Notes: a model not told the origin generated them from the sequence alone. A stretch of DNA of 64,000 nt from an uncultured Pelagibacteraceae bacterium (GCA_902536575.1 CACAYA010000001.1:45266-109265); one strand, 5' to 3'; numbered from the stretch's first letter, positions 42,196 to 52,103 are shown. Program-made: numbers and translations.

Positions 42196-42717
42196 TTATT
42201 GGTCTTCTTGAGTATCTTCTTTAGCTGGCTCTTCACTATCTGAAACTTCGTCTAAAGATACTTCACCATCTTCATTCATAGTTTCCTCACCAACTGAACT
42301 ATCGACATCAGCTTTAGCAGTTTCAGATAATTCTGCTAAATCTTCTTTTGTAACTTGAATTTTCTCTGGAGTTTTTCTTGCTCTTTTTGATGGAAGAATT
42401 GGGGTTCCACTTTTAGAAATTTCACCTTTGTATAAATTTTCAAAATCATCACCTATATCTTCATCATCTTCTGCAGTGTCATCAACTTGTTCAACATGTT
42501 TTCTAAGTTTATAAACTGCACTATCGGTTAAATCAGATACTTGAATTTTTTCTTCTGCAATTTCTCTTAAAGAAATAACTGTATTCTTATCATTATCTTT
42601 ATCAATTGTTGGTTCTATACCAGCATTTAATTGAGTAGCTCTCTCTTTAGCTACTAATACTAATTCATAGGGGCTATCTACTTTATCGATGCAATCTTCT
42701 ACAGTAACTCTTGCCAT
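42196..42717 (-). CDS. rpoZ: RNA polymerase omega subunit with long acidic tail
   Basis: [31 protein letters not shown]. Confidence 0.95.
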   Translation of the reverse strand: MARVTVEDCIDKVDSPYELVLVAKERATQLNAGIEPTIDKDNDKNTVISLREIAEEKIQVSDLTDSAVYKLRKHVEQVDDTAEDDEDIGDDFENLYKGEISKSGTPILPSKRARKTPEKIQVTKEDLAELSETAKADVDSSVGEETMNEDGEVSLDEVSDSEEPAKEDTQEDQ

Positions 42718-42760
42718 GCGCAGTATCTATACAGTGAGACCTATAAAATCAAGGAGTTTT

Positions 42761-43966
42761 TTATATATATTGTGGATTTAACTTACTTCTAACTAAATAA
42801 AGCAGAATTATTGAGGTCAAAATATATGCACCTGAAACAATGGCTATTTGCTCAATTGAAAATTTAATATCAATTAAAATACCAAATAATGCTGTTCCAA
42901 AAGCGGTAGCGAATACCATTAAAGCTGTTGTGAGAGCTTTAATAGATCCAATATGCTTAACACCATAAATTTCAGCCCATGTAGATGATCCTAATACATT
43001 AGCTAGGCCATTAGTAATACCTAATAAGCCAAAGAAAAAAAATGATGAAATCTCAACATCAAAATAAAACAGTACTACAGTTGAAAAAAAAAGAGGAACA
43101 TTCATATAAATTAATAATTTTCTGCTAGTAAATTTATCAATCAAGAAACCTGAAATAAATAATGTTACCACAGATAATATTGAGTAGACCATGAAGGATT
43201 GTGCAATTACATATGGTCCCCAATCTTTTGAGCTTGTTATAAAAGATTGGTAAACAAATGTACCTGTTGCTATCCAAGGCATAGCTAACATGGTCATACA
43301 AATAATATAAAATCTGAAATCTTTCAAAACTTCTATTCTTTTCCATTGTTTTATTGGTTTGGTGATAACTTCGTTATTGCTATCTTCTCTGGTATCAAGT
43401 TTAACTTCTTTGACTAAAAAATATGAAGCAATTGGTAAAAATATAATTACTAAAATAGAAATAGAAACCCAGATATCTCTCCACTCTATAAATGTTAATA
43501 AAAAAACAATTAAAACAGGTAAGATAAATTCTGCTAAAGATAATCCCAACCAACACGTACTTAAAGCTCTACCTCTATTTTTTTCAAAAAAACGGGAAAT
43601 TGTTGTGGTTGCAGTATGACTTGACAAGCCTTGTCCTGACAAACGCATTAAAAAAATTCCTACAAAAAGAAAAATAACTGAGGAAATTTTAGAAAAAATA
43701 AAACATGAAGCTGACAAAAAAATAATTACGTATGATGAAAATTTTAATATATTTATATCGTCAATTTTTTTACCTATCCAAACTAAGATAATACTACTTA
43801 ATAGAGTAGCAGACGCATAGATTGAGCCAAATTGTCCATGTGTAATTGATAAAGCCTCTCTAATGCTTGAATTAAAAAGTCCTAGAAAAAAACTCTGTCC
43901 AAAACTAGAAAAAAATGTAAAAATAAAACCAAATAGAATTACTTTTAAACTTAAACTTTTAAACAT
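42761..43966 (-). CDS. MFS transporter
   Basis: About 12 TM; SSFGQSFF, GKKID, RGRALS. Confidence 0.88.
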   Translation of the reverse strand: MFKSLSLKVILFGFIFTFFSSFGQSFFLGLFNSSIREALSITHGQFGSIYASATLLSSIILVWIGKKIDDINILKFSSYVIIFLSASCFIFSKISSVIFLFVGIFLMRLSGQGLSSHTATTTISRFFEKNRGRALSTCWLGLSLAEFILPVLIVFLLTFIEWRDIWVSISILVIIFLPIASYFLVKEVKLDTREDSNNEVITKPIKQWKRIEVLKDFRFYIICMTMLAMPWIATGTFVYQSFITSSKDWGPYVIAQSFMVYSILSVVTLFISGFLIDKFTSRKLLIYMNVPLFFSTVVLFYFDVEISSFFFFGLLGITNGLANVLGSSTWAEIYGVKHIGSIKALTTALMVFATAFGTALFGILIDIKFSIEQIAIVSGAYILTSIILLYLVRSKLNPQYI

Positions 43967-43977
43967 AGATAAAAATT

Positions 43978-44850
43978 ATGACTTGTAATGTTACTTTCAT
44001 AGGTCTTGGGGTTATGGGTTACCCGATGGCAGGTTATATATCAAAAGCTGGGCACAATGTAACTGTTTTTAACAGAACTAAATCTAAAGCTGAAAAATGG
44101 ATAAGTGAGTATAAAGGTAAAATGGCAGAAACACCAGCTGAAGCAGCAAAAGATGCTGAATATGTTTTTACCTGTGTTGGAAACGATAATGATTTAAGAG
44201 AGGTTACATTTGGAGATGGTGGTGCATTTAAAACGATAAAAAAAGGATCTGTATATATTGATAATACTACTGCCTCAGCAACTATAGCGAAAGAAATTCA
44301 TGATTATGCAAAAAAAAATGGTTTTGGATCTCTTGATGCGCCTGTATCTGGTGGACAAGCAGGAGCAGAAAACGGTGCACTTACAGTTATGATTGGAGGT
44401 GATCAAGCTGATTTTGATAAAGCAAAAGATATAATCGATTGCTATAGCAAAAAAATGAAATTACTTGGTGGTCCAGGAAATGGACAACTTGCTAAAATGG
44501 TTAATCAAATTTGTATAGCTGGTTTAGTTCAAGGTTTGTCTGAGGCTATCAATTTTGGAATGAAAGCTGGATTGAAAATGGAGGATGTTATTGAAGTAAT
44601 TTCAAAAGGTGCTGCACAATCGTGGCAAATGGAAAATAGATACAAAACCATGATTGATGATAAATTTGAATTTGGATTTGCAGTAGATTGGATGAGAAAA
44701 GATCTTAAAATTGCCATGGATGAAGCTAAAAATAACGGATCTCTGTTACCTGTGACTGAGCTGGTTGATAAATATTATGGAGAGATTCAGGAAATGGGTG
44801 GCAATAGATGGGATACCTCAAGTTTAATAAGAAGGTTTAGAAATAGATAG
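43978..44850 (+). CDS. Beta-hydroxyacid dehydrogenase (3-hydroxyisobutyrate/tartronate semialdehyde reductase family)
   Basis: FIGLGVMGYPMA, DAPVSGG, KMVNQ. Confidence 0.9.
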   Translation: MTCNVTFIGLGVMGYPMAGYISKAGHNVTVFNRTKSKAEKWISEYKGKMAETPAEAAKDAEYVFTCVGNDNDLREVTFGDGGAFKTIKKGSVYIDNTTASATIAKEIHDYAKKNGFGSLDAPVSGGQAGAENGALTVMIGGDQADFDKAKDIIDCYSKKMKLLGGPGNGQLAKMVNQICIAGLVQGLSEAINFGMKAGLKMEDVIEVISKGAAQSWQMENRYKTMIDDKFEFGFAVDWMRKDLKIAMDEAKNNGSLLPVTELVDKYYGEIQEMGGNRWDTSSLIRRFRNR

Positions 44851-44851
44851 T

Positions 44852-45451
44852 ATGCAACCAGCATACTACGAAGATTTCAGTGAAATAAAAAAAAAGATTT
44901 GGCATATGTTAGAGGATGCTGTTTCAAACCGTAACTCTCAATTTAGAATACCTACTTTTATGTGTGGTTATGGCTCAGAAATAAATGGGAGAATTGTTGT
45001 TTTAAGAAAAGCTGATAAAGAAAATGATGTAGTTCAATTTCACAGCGATATCAGATCGGATAAAATTGATATACTTAAAAAAAATTCTAATGCAGCAATG
45101 TTATTTTACGATAAAGAAGAAAAAATTCAGGTCAGATTAAAAGTTAAATGTATTGTAAATCATGAAAATGAAATTACAAAAAAATCTTGGGAAAAAACTC
45201 AACATATAAGTAGGAAATGTTATTTAGTAGATAATGGTCCTGGTAGTATTTCAGACGAGCCAACTTCTGGACTAAAACCTGAGCTTGATAATTTTGATTA
45301 CACAAAAGAAGAAAGTGAAAAAGGTTATAAAAATTTTACCGTTATACAGTGTAAAATTAAGTCTATTGAATGGTTATACTTAGCAGCTAAAGGACATCGA
45401 AGAGCCAGATTTGATTTGGAAAATAATAAAGATAATTGGCTAGTTCCTTAA
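44852..45451 (+). CDS. Pyridoxamine 5'-phosphate oxidase-like FMN-binding protein
   Basis: RIVVLR, HSDIRSDK, EWLYL..GHRRA, C-terminal WLVP. Confidence 0.8.
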   Translation: MQPAYYEDFSEIKKKIWHMLEDAVSNRNSQFRIPTFMCGYGSEINGRIVVLRKADKENDVVQFHSDIRSDKIDILKKNSNAAMLFYDKEEKIQVRLKVKCIVNHENEITKKSWEKTQHISRKCYLVDNGPGSISDEPTSGLKPELDNFDYTKEESEKGYKNFTVIQCKIKSIEWLYLAAKGHRRARFDLENNKDNWLVP

Positions 45452-46719
45452 TAACTAATTTTTTGTAAAATATTACCTTCAACACCTAAGAGATAATAAC
45501 CTTGGCTATCTTTACTAAAATTTCTCGTAGAGCAACTTGGACCAAATCTTGTCTTCCAATTATATCTTCCAGCATCTTTTAATTTATTTATGATTTTTAA
45601 ATAATTTGGATGCTTATATTTTCCAAGCTCAAATAAGCAAAAAATTTTATACGGATCATATGGATTTTCTCTAGTAGGTGTTATGTAAACTGAGTCCATT
45701 AATTGTGGACACATCTCTATATCGTGCGCATAGATTTTTCCAATTCTAGGACTGTTAGGATCTACTGAATTTAACATTAACCTTGAGTCTCTGTTCGTAT
45801 AATGATTATTTTTTATCCCTGGTATACAATTTGTCCCCATTCCTTGGGTATGAAGTAATTCATGCAATGCAATTGCGGCTTTTCTTTTGTCAGTACCAAC
45901 AGATTTATTTCGTAAAAATATTGAACCAAATCCTACTCCTGCCTCTCCACCGTCGACACTATTAATATCAGCAAAATTAAAATAAATTTTTTTATTATTT
46001 GTTTGACCTTTTTTTTTATATAAAAAAGGTGTTATAGTATTGTTGGCGTATTTATGAAGATTTTTAAAGTTTTTATCCATTCGTATAAAAGTAATATCTA
46101 ATTTTCCATCTGATCTATAATCTAACTTATATTTACGTGGAACCTTGTCGCCATTTTTATTTTTACTAGTAGAAATTTCCATCCATTTATTCGCCATTAA
46201 GATAATTTCTTCCATTTTTCCATTTATATCTAATTCTCTATCCTCACTATCTTTGGCTAATAGATAGTTAAAATGAATTTGATAATCATCATTTACATCA
46301 GGTTGATCCTCAAAAAATCTCCCAGGTTTTTTATCATTTTCATCAATTTCCAAATTCATATTTGCACTTGCAACGGGTTCATCAATATTTGTCCAAACAA
46401 TTTTGTCGTCAATTGCAAACAAAAAACATTCATTTTGAGTGTACTTTTTTGCTCCTTTCATACATCTTTTGTATGCTTGTTCATGTGCTTTATCATTTAT
46501 TTCTTTTACAATTTTAAATCCAGTTGCCCATCCTCCTTCACTTGTTGATCCATAAAAAATTAATTTTTGTTTCTTTTTTTGAGATTTCTTAAGTTGTTTT
46601 TTGTACCATTCTTCAAAATCATACCAATAATGAATTTCTCCTGAGCCTGGGACTTTAATTTCTGCAAAAATATTATTTGTTAAAAATAAGGAAAATAAAA
46701 TTATAATAAATTTTTTCAT
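45448..46719 (-). CDS. Secreted hypothetical protein, putative zinc metallopeptidase
   Basis: Signal peptide; ALHELLHTQG (HExxH). Confidence 0.6.
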   Translation of the reverse strand: MKKFIIILFSLFLTNNIFAEIKVPGSGEIHYWYDFEEWYKKQLKKSQKKKQKLIFYGSTSEGGWATGFKIVKEINDKAHEQAYKRCMKGAKKYTQNECFLFAIDDKIVWTNIDEPVASANMNLEIDENDKKPGRFFEDQPDVNDDYQIHFNYLLAKDSEDRELDINGKMEEIILMANKWMEISTSKNKNGDKVPRKYKLDYRSDGKLDITFIRMDKNFKNLHKYANNTITPFLYKKKGQTNNKKIYFNFADINSVDGGEAGVGFGSIFLRNKSVGTDKRKAAIALHELLHTQGMGTNCIPGIKNNHYTNRDSRLMLNSVDPNSPRIGKIYAHDIEMCPQLMDSVYITPTRENPYDPYKIFCLFELGKYKHPNYLKIINKLKDAGRYNWKTRFGPSCSTRNFSKDSQGYYLLGVEGNILQKISY

Positions 46720-46843
46720 AACAAATATATTAAATCAGAAAAATCCCAAAAAAAATAGGATTTATACAATTTTTATTGAGACAATTTGTAAAAGAAAATT
46801 GTATTATCTCATGCTAGATTATTAGTTTTAAAAGGAGGAAATA

Positions 46844-47170
46844 ATGAAAGCATATATAATGGGAAACTACACAGAAAAAGCATTTCAGGGTTTTTTAAAA
46901 GATCCTAAAACTGACAGAAAAGCAGTTGTAGAACAATTAACAAAAGCAATGGGTGGAACAATGCATAGTATGGATATCGTGCGAGGTTCATATGATTTTG
47001 TAGTTGTTAATGAATTAGCTACATTTGAGGATTTTGCAGCAGTTAAGCTTGTTGTAGAAGCTTCAGGTGCAGTTAAAAACTTAACTATGTTAGAGGCTAT
47101 TGATTTTAATAAAGCCACAACTAAAGCAAGTGAAGTTGCTTCAGGTGCTTATAAAGCTCCAGGACAATAG
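46844..47170 (+). CDS. GYD domain protein
   Basis: GNYT...DRKAVVEQL...GG...GSYDFVV; AAAGGAGG RBS. Confidence 0.8.
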   Translation: MKAYIMGNYTEKAFQGFLKDPKTDRKAVVEQLTKAMGGTMHSMDIVRGSYDFVVVNELATFEDFAAVKLVVEASGAVKNLTMLEAIDFNKATTKASEVASGAYKAPGQ

Positions 47171-47180
47171 TTGAGATTAA

Positions 47181-47528
47181 TTATTTTTTGTCGTTATCGA
47201 CAACTAAGCAGATTTCTGATTTAGTCAGAAATCTGCGACCTGTTCCATTGTCTAATGAGAACATGCCACCTATTCCTTTAACAGCATCAATAGTTAAATC
47301 TGTATGTTTCCACTTTTCATATTGATCACCATTCATATAAAAAGGAACACCACCTATTTCACCTAATTTAACGTCATTATCACCTAAAGGAAACTCACCT
47401 TCCTGAAAACACATTGGTGCACTCCCATCACAGCAGCCCCCAGATTGATGAAACATTAATTTTTCACCATATTTACCCTGAAGTTCAGATAACAAATTTA
47501 ACGCTGAATTAGTTGCAGATACTTTCAT
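47181..47528 (-). CDS. DUF779 protein (aldehyde dehydrogenase-associated)
   Basis: FHQSGGCCDGSAPMC, GGMFSLD, RFLTKS; start taken at MKVSAT. Confidence 0.9.
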   Translation of the reverse strand: MKVSATNSALNLLSELQGKYGEKLMFHQSGGCCDGSAPMCFQEGEFPLGDNDVKLGEIGGVPFYMNGDQYEKWKHTDLTIDAVKGIGGMFSLDNGTGRRFLTKSEICLVVDNDKK

Positions 47529-47579
47529 TTTTAAAGTCCGGCCCATGATTTAGAATCATGGGCCAGTATATATTATTTA

Positions 47580-49124
47580 TTAAAAGAAGCCTAATTTTTG
47601 CTCAGCATAAGAAACATGTAAGTTCTTATTCTGTCTGTAATGATTAAGCATCATTTTATGAGTTTCTCTTCCAACTCCAGATTGTTTGTAACCACCAAAT
47701 GGAGAATGAGCTGGATAAGCATGATAACAGTTTGTCCATACTATTCCTGCTTGTATTGCTCTACCCATTCTGTAAGCAATATTTCCATTTCTCGTCCAAA
47801 CACCTGCACCTAAACCATAAAGTGTATCATTAGCAATTTCTAATGCCTCTGCTTCATCTTTAAATTTAATTACAGATACAACAGGTCCAAAAATTTCCTC
47901 TTGAGAAATTCTCATTGAGTTATCAGCTTCAAAAATAGTTGGTTGGATATAGTTTCCTTTTTCCAAACCACTATTTAATTTACCGACATCTCCTCCTGCA
48001 AGAACTTTTGCACCCTCTTTTTTACCAAGATCTAGATAAGATTTGATTTTTTCCATTTGCTCAACTGAAGCTTGCGCTCCAATCATTGTTTCCATTTTTA
48101 ATGGATTATCTTGGATAACAGCTTTTGTTCTAGCGATACATTTTTCCATGAATTTATCATAAATAGACTCTTGGACTAATGCTCTACTTGGACAAGTACA
48201 AACCTCACCCTGGTTTAAGTTGAACATTACAAAACCTTCAACACACTTATCTAAGAAATCATCATCTTTATCCATGATATCTTCAAAGAAAATATTAGGA
48301 GACTTTCCACCTAACTCAAGTGTAATTGGAATAATGTTTTGTGCAGCATACTGCATGATCAATCTTCCAGTTGTAGTTTCACCAGTAAATGCAACTTTAG
48401 CAACTCTTTTAGACGAAGCTAAAGGTTTTCCTGCTTCTAGACCAAAACCACTTACGATGTTTACAACTCCTGGAGGTAATAAATCTCCAATTAGTTCCAT
48501 CATAACCATAATTGATGCTGGTGTTTGTTCTGCTGGTTTAAGAACTGAACAATTTCCTGCAGCTAAAGCTGGTGCTAATTTCCATGTAGCCATTAATAAT
48601 GGAAAGTTCCATGGCACTATTTGAGCTACAACTCCCAAAGGCTCAGGTATGTTGTAAGAGTATTGTGAATTACTTATTTCAGCAACAGAACCCTCTTCTG
48701 CTCTAATAACTCCAGCAAAATATCTCCAATGATCAATCACTAAAGCTATATCTGCAGCCATACATTCTCTTATTGGCTTACCGTTATCTAAACATTCGGC
48801 AACTGCAAGCATGTCTTTATTTTGCTCAAGAACATCTGCAATTTTGTTAAGAATAACTGATCTTGTTGTAATATCTGTTTTTCCCCACTCTGGAAATGCT
48901 GCGTGAGCTGCATCTAATGCTGCTTCAACATCTTTTTCATTTGATCTAGCAACAGAACAGATAATTTCATTTGATATCGGACTTGGATTATCAAAATATT
49001 TGCCCGATAGAGGCTCTACAAATTTCCCATTAATGTAGTTTCCATATTTTGCTTTATACGGAAAATCTACTTTTAAATGAGAGGTGTCTAGAGCTGATGA
49101 CACTTTTAATGCTTCTGCACTCAT
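47580..49124 (-). CDS. aldB: Aldehyde dehydrogenase, AldB/acetaldehyde dehydrogenase type
   Basis: [46 protein letters not shown]; followed by DUF779. Confidence 0.92.
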   Translation of the reverse strand: MSAEALKVSSALDTSHLKVDFPYKAKYGNYINGKFVEPLSGKYFDNPSPISNEIICSVARSNEKDVEAALDAAHAAFPEWGKTDITTRSVILNKIADVLEQNKDMLAVAECLDNGKPIRECMAADIALVIDHWRYFAGVIRAEEGSVAEISNSQYSYNIPEPLGVVAQIVPWNFPLLMATWKLAPALAAGNCSVLKPAEQTPASIMVMMELIGDLLPPGVVNIVSGFGLEAGKPLASSKRVAKVAFTGETTTGRLIMQYAAQNIIPITLELGGKSPNIFFEDIMDKDDDFLDKCVEGFVMFNLNQGEVCTCPSRALVQESIYDKFMEKCIARTKAVIQDNPLKMETMIGAQASVEQMEKIKSYLDLGKKEGAKVLAGGDVGKLNSGLEKGNYIQPTIFEADNSMRISQEEIFGPVVSVIKFKDEAEALEIANDTLYGLGAGVWTRNGNIAYRMGRAIQAGIVWTNCYHAYPAHSPFGGYKQSGVGRETHKMMLNHYRQNKNLHVSYAEQKLGFF

Positions 49125-49312
49125 TTTTTCACTCCTCTTGTTTTATTAGACTTAATGTTATTAGATCTTCTAGATTTTTTTAAAGGTTTCTTGGTCGCAG
49201 ACTTTTTTGTACTAACTTTTTTAGTCTTAACCTTTTTTTTTCTTTTTATTTTTCTAGAAGTTTTGACTAATTTCTTTTTTTTCTTTTTGGTTTTTTTAAT
49301 TTTCTTAACCAT
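49121..49312 (-). CDS. Lysine-rich basic small protein coupled to aldB
   Basis: 63 aa, 29 K + 5 R, no acidic residues; TGA overlaps aldB ATG (ATGA). Confidence 0.55.
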   Translation of the reverse strand: MVKKIKKTKKKKKKLVKTSRKIKRKKKVKTKKVSTKKSATKKPLKKSRRSNNIKSNKTRGVKK

Positions 49313-49425
49313 TTATATAAATTAAATTAAAAACCTATTAAAAGGACTTGTAAACAAAACAATTGTGTCTTCAATCCTTGGTTGTATTTATTAGCTTGTT
49401 AAATAATGAAAAAATTATTTGATTT

Positions 49426-49866
49426 CTAATTACCTATTTTGGACAATTTTTTTTTTAATTTTTTAGATAATTTAGAGAACCATTCTTTTTCTTTTCCTGA
49501 CTCAGGTAATACTTCTCCGTACTCGATCATTTGAGATGGAGGTAAATCAATAATATAAACCCAAACTTGAGTTTCATCTAATTTAGAATTTTCAATTACA
49601 ATTTCTTTTAGATCGGAAATTAATTTATCTTTAATTTTTTTTGGTCTACCAGCTCTAATTTGACCAAGTAAAAATAATGAAGGCTCTTTAATTTTTTTGC
49701 CTCCCATGAAATGATTATTTTTTTTTGTTTTATTAAATATTACTTGAGCAAAATAAGTATTTGCCCCAGTTACAACATTATGAACCTTAGTAATTCCCTC
49801 TGCTAAATTTTTTTGCTGTTTAGAACTTAAATTAAAATTTGAATTAGTTACGGTATAAGTTGGCAT
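49426..49866 (-). CDS. Tautomerase superfamily protein (cis-CaaD-like)
   Basis: N-terminal catalytic Pro (MPTY), ITKVH, FAQVIF, IRAGR, MIEYGEVLP. Confidence 0.8.
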   Translation of the reverse strand: MPTYTVTNSNFNLSSKQQKNLAEGITKVHNVVTGANTYFAQVIFNKTKKNNHFMGGKKIKEPSLFLLGQIRAGRPKKIKDKLISDLKEIVIENSKLDETQVWVYIIDLPPSQMIEYGEVLPESGKEKEWFSKLSKKLKKKLSKIGN

Positions 49867-49871
49867 AAAAA

Positions 49872-50384
49872 TTAAAATATAGATTTTGAATATTTCTTCC
49901 AGTTATTCTGGTAATGCTTTGTATTTTCAACTATAGCCTTTTTTTCATCCTCAGTTACTTCTCTTATAACTTTGCCAGGTGAACCAACTACTAATGAGTT
50001 GTCAGGTATTTCCTTATTTTCTGTTATTAAAGCTTTGGCGCCAATGATGCAGTTTTTTCCAATTTTAGCTTTGTTAAGAATAACAGCACCAATACCAATC
50101 AAACTATTATCACCAATAGTGCATCCATGAAGCATAACCATATGGCCTATAGTTACATTTTTACCCACTTTTAAAGGACACCCTGGATCAGTGTGTAAAA
50201 CGCTTCCATCCTGAACGTTTGACCCTTCACCAATAAATATGTTTTCAACATCTCCTCTTAAAACTGCATTAAACCAAATACTTGTGTTTTTCTCTAGAGT
50301 AACATCACCTATTATAGTTGCATTGGGCGCCACCCAATTTTCGCCTGAGTTTTTTGGTTTTTTATCTTTTAAATCGTAAAACAT
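49872..50384 (-). CDS. Gamma carbonic anhydrase family protein
   Basis: LRGD, NVQDGSVLH, IGHMVMLHGC. Confidence 0.92.
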   Translation of the reverse strand: MFYDLKDKKPKNSGENWVAPNATIIGDVTLEKNTSIWFNAVLRGDVENIFIGEGSNVQDGSVLHTDPGCPLKVGKNVTIGHMVMLHGCTIGDNSLIGIGAVILNKAKIGKNCIIGAKALITENKEIPDNSLVVGSPGKVIREVTEDEKKAIVENTKHYQNNWKKYSKSIF

Positions 50385-50404
50385 AATTTATATATTATTA
50401 CATT

Positions 50405-50959
50405 ATGCCAATACAAACTCCAATATGTGATTTTGGTAAAAAAGCTGTCCCATTTGAACTTAAATCAACTGATGAAAAAATTTTAAAACTTGAAGACATA
50501 AAAGGCGAGAATGGAACTTTAATAATGTTTATCTGTAACCATTGTCCATATGTAAAAGCAGTTACAAAAGATATCGTTGAAGATTGTAATAACCTTAAAA
50601 AAATTGGTATTAACTCTATAGCAATTTGTTCAAATGATTCAATTAACTATCCTGAAGATTCATTTGAAAATATGATAAAATTTGCAAATGAAAATAACTT
50701 TAGTTTTCCTTATTTAAGTGATGACACACAAGAAGTAGCTAAAGCTTATGATGCAGTGTGTACACCTGATTTCTTCGGGTACAATAAAAATTTAGAACTT
50801 CAATATAGAGGGCGAATGCGAGAATTAAAAAAACTTATCCCTGTAAGAAATGGTGAGAGTGATCTATTTCAAGCAATGAAACAGATTGCTGAAACAGGCA
50901 AAGGTCCAGAGGAACAAATTCCAAGTGCTGGTTGTGGCATTAAGTGGAAATTTGATTAA
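50405..50959 (+). CDS. Thioredoxin-like AhpC/TSA family protein
   Basis: FICNHCPYV, AVCTPDFF, YRGR, SAGCGIKW. Confidence 0.88.
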   Translation: MPIQTPICDFGKKAVPFELKSTDEKILKLEDIKGENGTLIMFICNHCPYVKAVTKDIVEDCNNLKKIGINSIAICSNDSINYPEDSFENMIKFANENNFSFPYLSDDTQEVAKAYDAVCTPDFFGYNKNLELQYRGRMRELKKLIPVRNGESDLFQAMKQIAETGKGPEEQIPSAGCGIKWKFD

Positions 50960-52041
50960 TGTATTTAATCGTTACTAGAACTTTTCCACCTGAACTAGGT
51001 GGAATGCAAAGTTTAATGTGGGGTTTATCAAGAGAATTATCAAAAAACTTTATGATTAAAGTTTTTGCAGATTATATTGAAGGTCATACAGACTTTGATA
51101 ACCAAGCATCTTTTTCAATTGAAAGAGTGGGAGGAATAAAGCTTTTAAGAAAATATAGAAAAGCCCAATTAATCAATGAATTTATCAAAGGTAAAAAAAT
51201 AGAAGGGATTATAGGAGATCATTGGAAGAGTTTGGAGTTAATCAAATCATCAAAAAAAAAATATTGTCTAATTCATAGTAAAGAAATTAATCATCCAAAA
51301 GGTTCAAGTTTAAACAAAAGAATTTTAAATGTTTTGAATGATGTTGAGAAAGTAATAGCTAATTCACAATTTACAAAAAATTTAGCAATTCAGTGTGGTG
51401 TTAATGAAAATAAAATTGTTGTAATAAATCCTGGGATAGATCCAGCTAAGAAATTGGATAAAAAAACACTCACTAAAGTTGAGAGTTTGCTTAAAGTTAA
51501 AACTCCTAGGTTAATCACTGTTTCGAGATTTGATAAAAGAAAAAATCATGAGAAAATAATCATGGCTCTTAGAAACTTAAAGCAAATTTATCCTGATATA
51601 GTTTATATATGTGTTGGATATGGTGAAGAGGAGAAAAACATTAAAAATCTTGTTAAAGAATTAGATTTAGAAGGTCAGGTTATGTTTTTTAAGGACATAA
51701 CTAATGATCTAAAAAATGCTTTAATTGCAAAATCTAATCTATTTGTAATGCCGTCAATAATACACAAAACATCTGTTGAAGGATTTGGAATTGCCTATAT
51801 AGAGGCTGCACAATATGGAATTCCTTCTATTGGCGGAAAAGATGGTGGAGCAGCAGATGCAATTGATCATGAAAAAACAGGTTTAATTTGTGATGGAAAT
51901 AATCTAGATGATCTTTACTCATCTATAAATGCAGCTTTAGAAAATAAAAAATATTTAGAATTTGGAAAAAATGCAAAAGAATTTGCAACTAAATTCCAAT
52001 GGTCTAAAATTATTGAAGATTATAAAAAAAATCTTAACTAA
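50959..52041 (+). CDS. GT4 family glycosyltransferase
   Basis: FPPELGGMQ, VSRFDKRK, EGFGIAYIEA. Confidence 0.9.
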   Translation: MYLIVTRTFPPELGGMQSLMWGLSRELSKNFMIKVFADYIEGHTDFDNQASFSIERVGGIKLLRKYRKAQLINEFIKGKKIEGIIGDHWKSLELIKSSKKKYCLIHSKEINHPKGSSLNKRILNVLNDVEKVIANSQFTKNLAIQCGVNENKIVVINPGIDPAKKLDKKTLTKVESLLKVKTPRLITVSRFDKRKNHEKIIMALRNLKQIYPDIVYICVGYGEEEKNIKNLVKELDLEGQVMFFKDITNDLKNALIAKSNLFVMPSIIHKTSVEGFGIAYIEAAQYGIPSIGGKDGGAADAIDHEKTGLICDGNNLDDLYSSINAALENKKYLEFGKNAKEFATKFQWSKIIEDYKKNLN

Positions 52042-52103
52042 TTTCTTTTCTTAAAAGTTTTATATATATGCCAAATTACAATATTGAAATAAGATTTTTA
52101 AAT

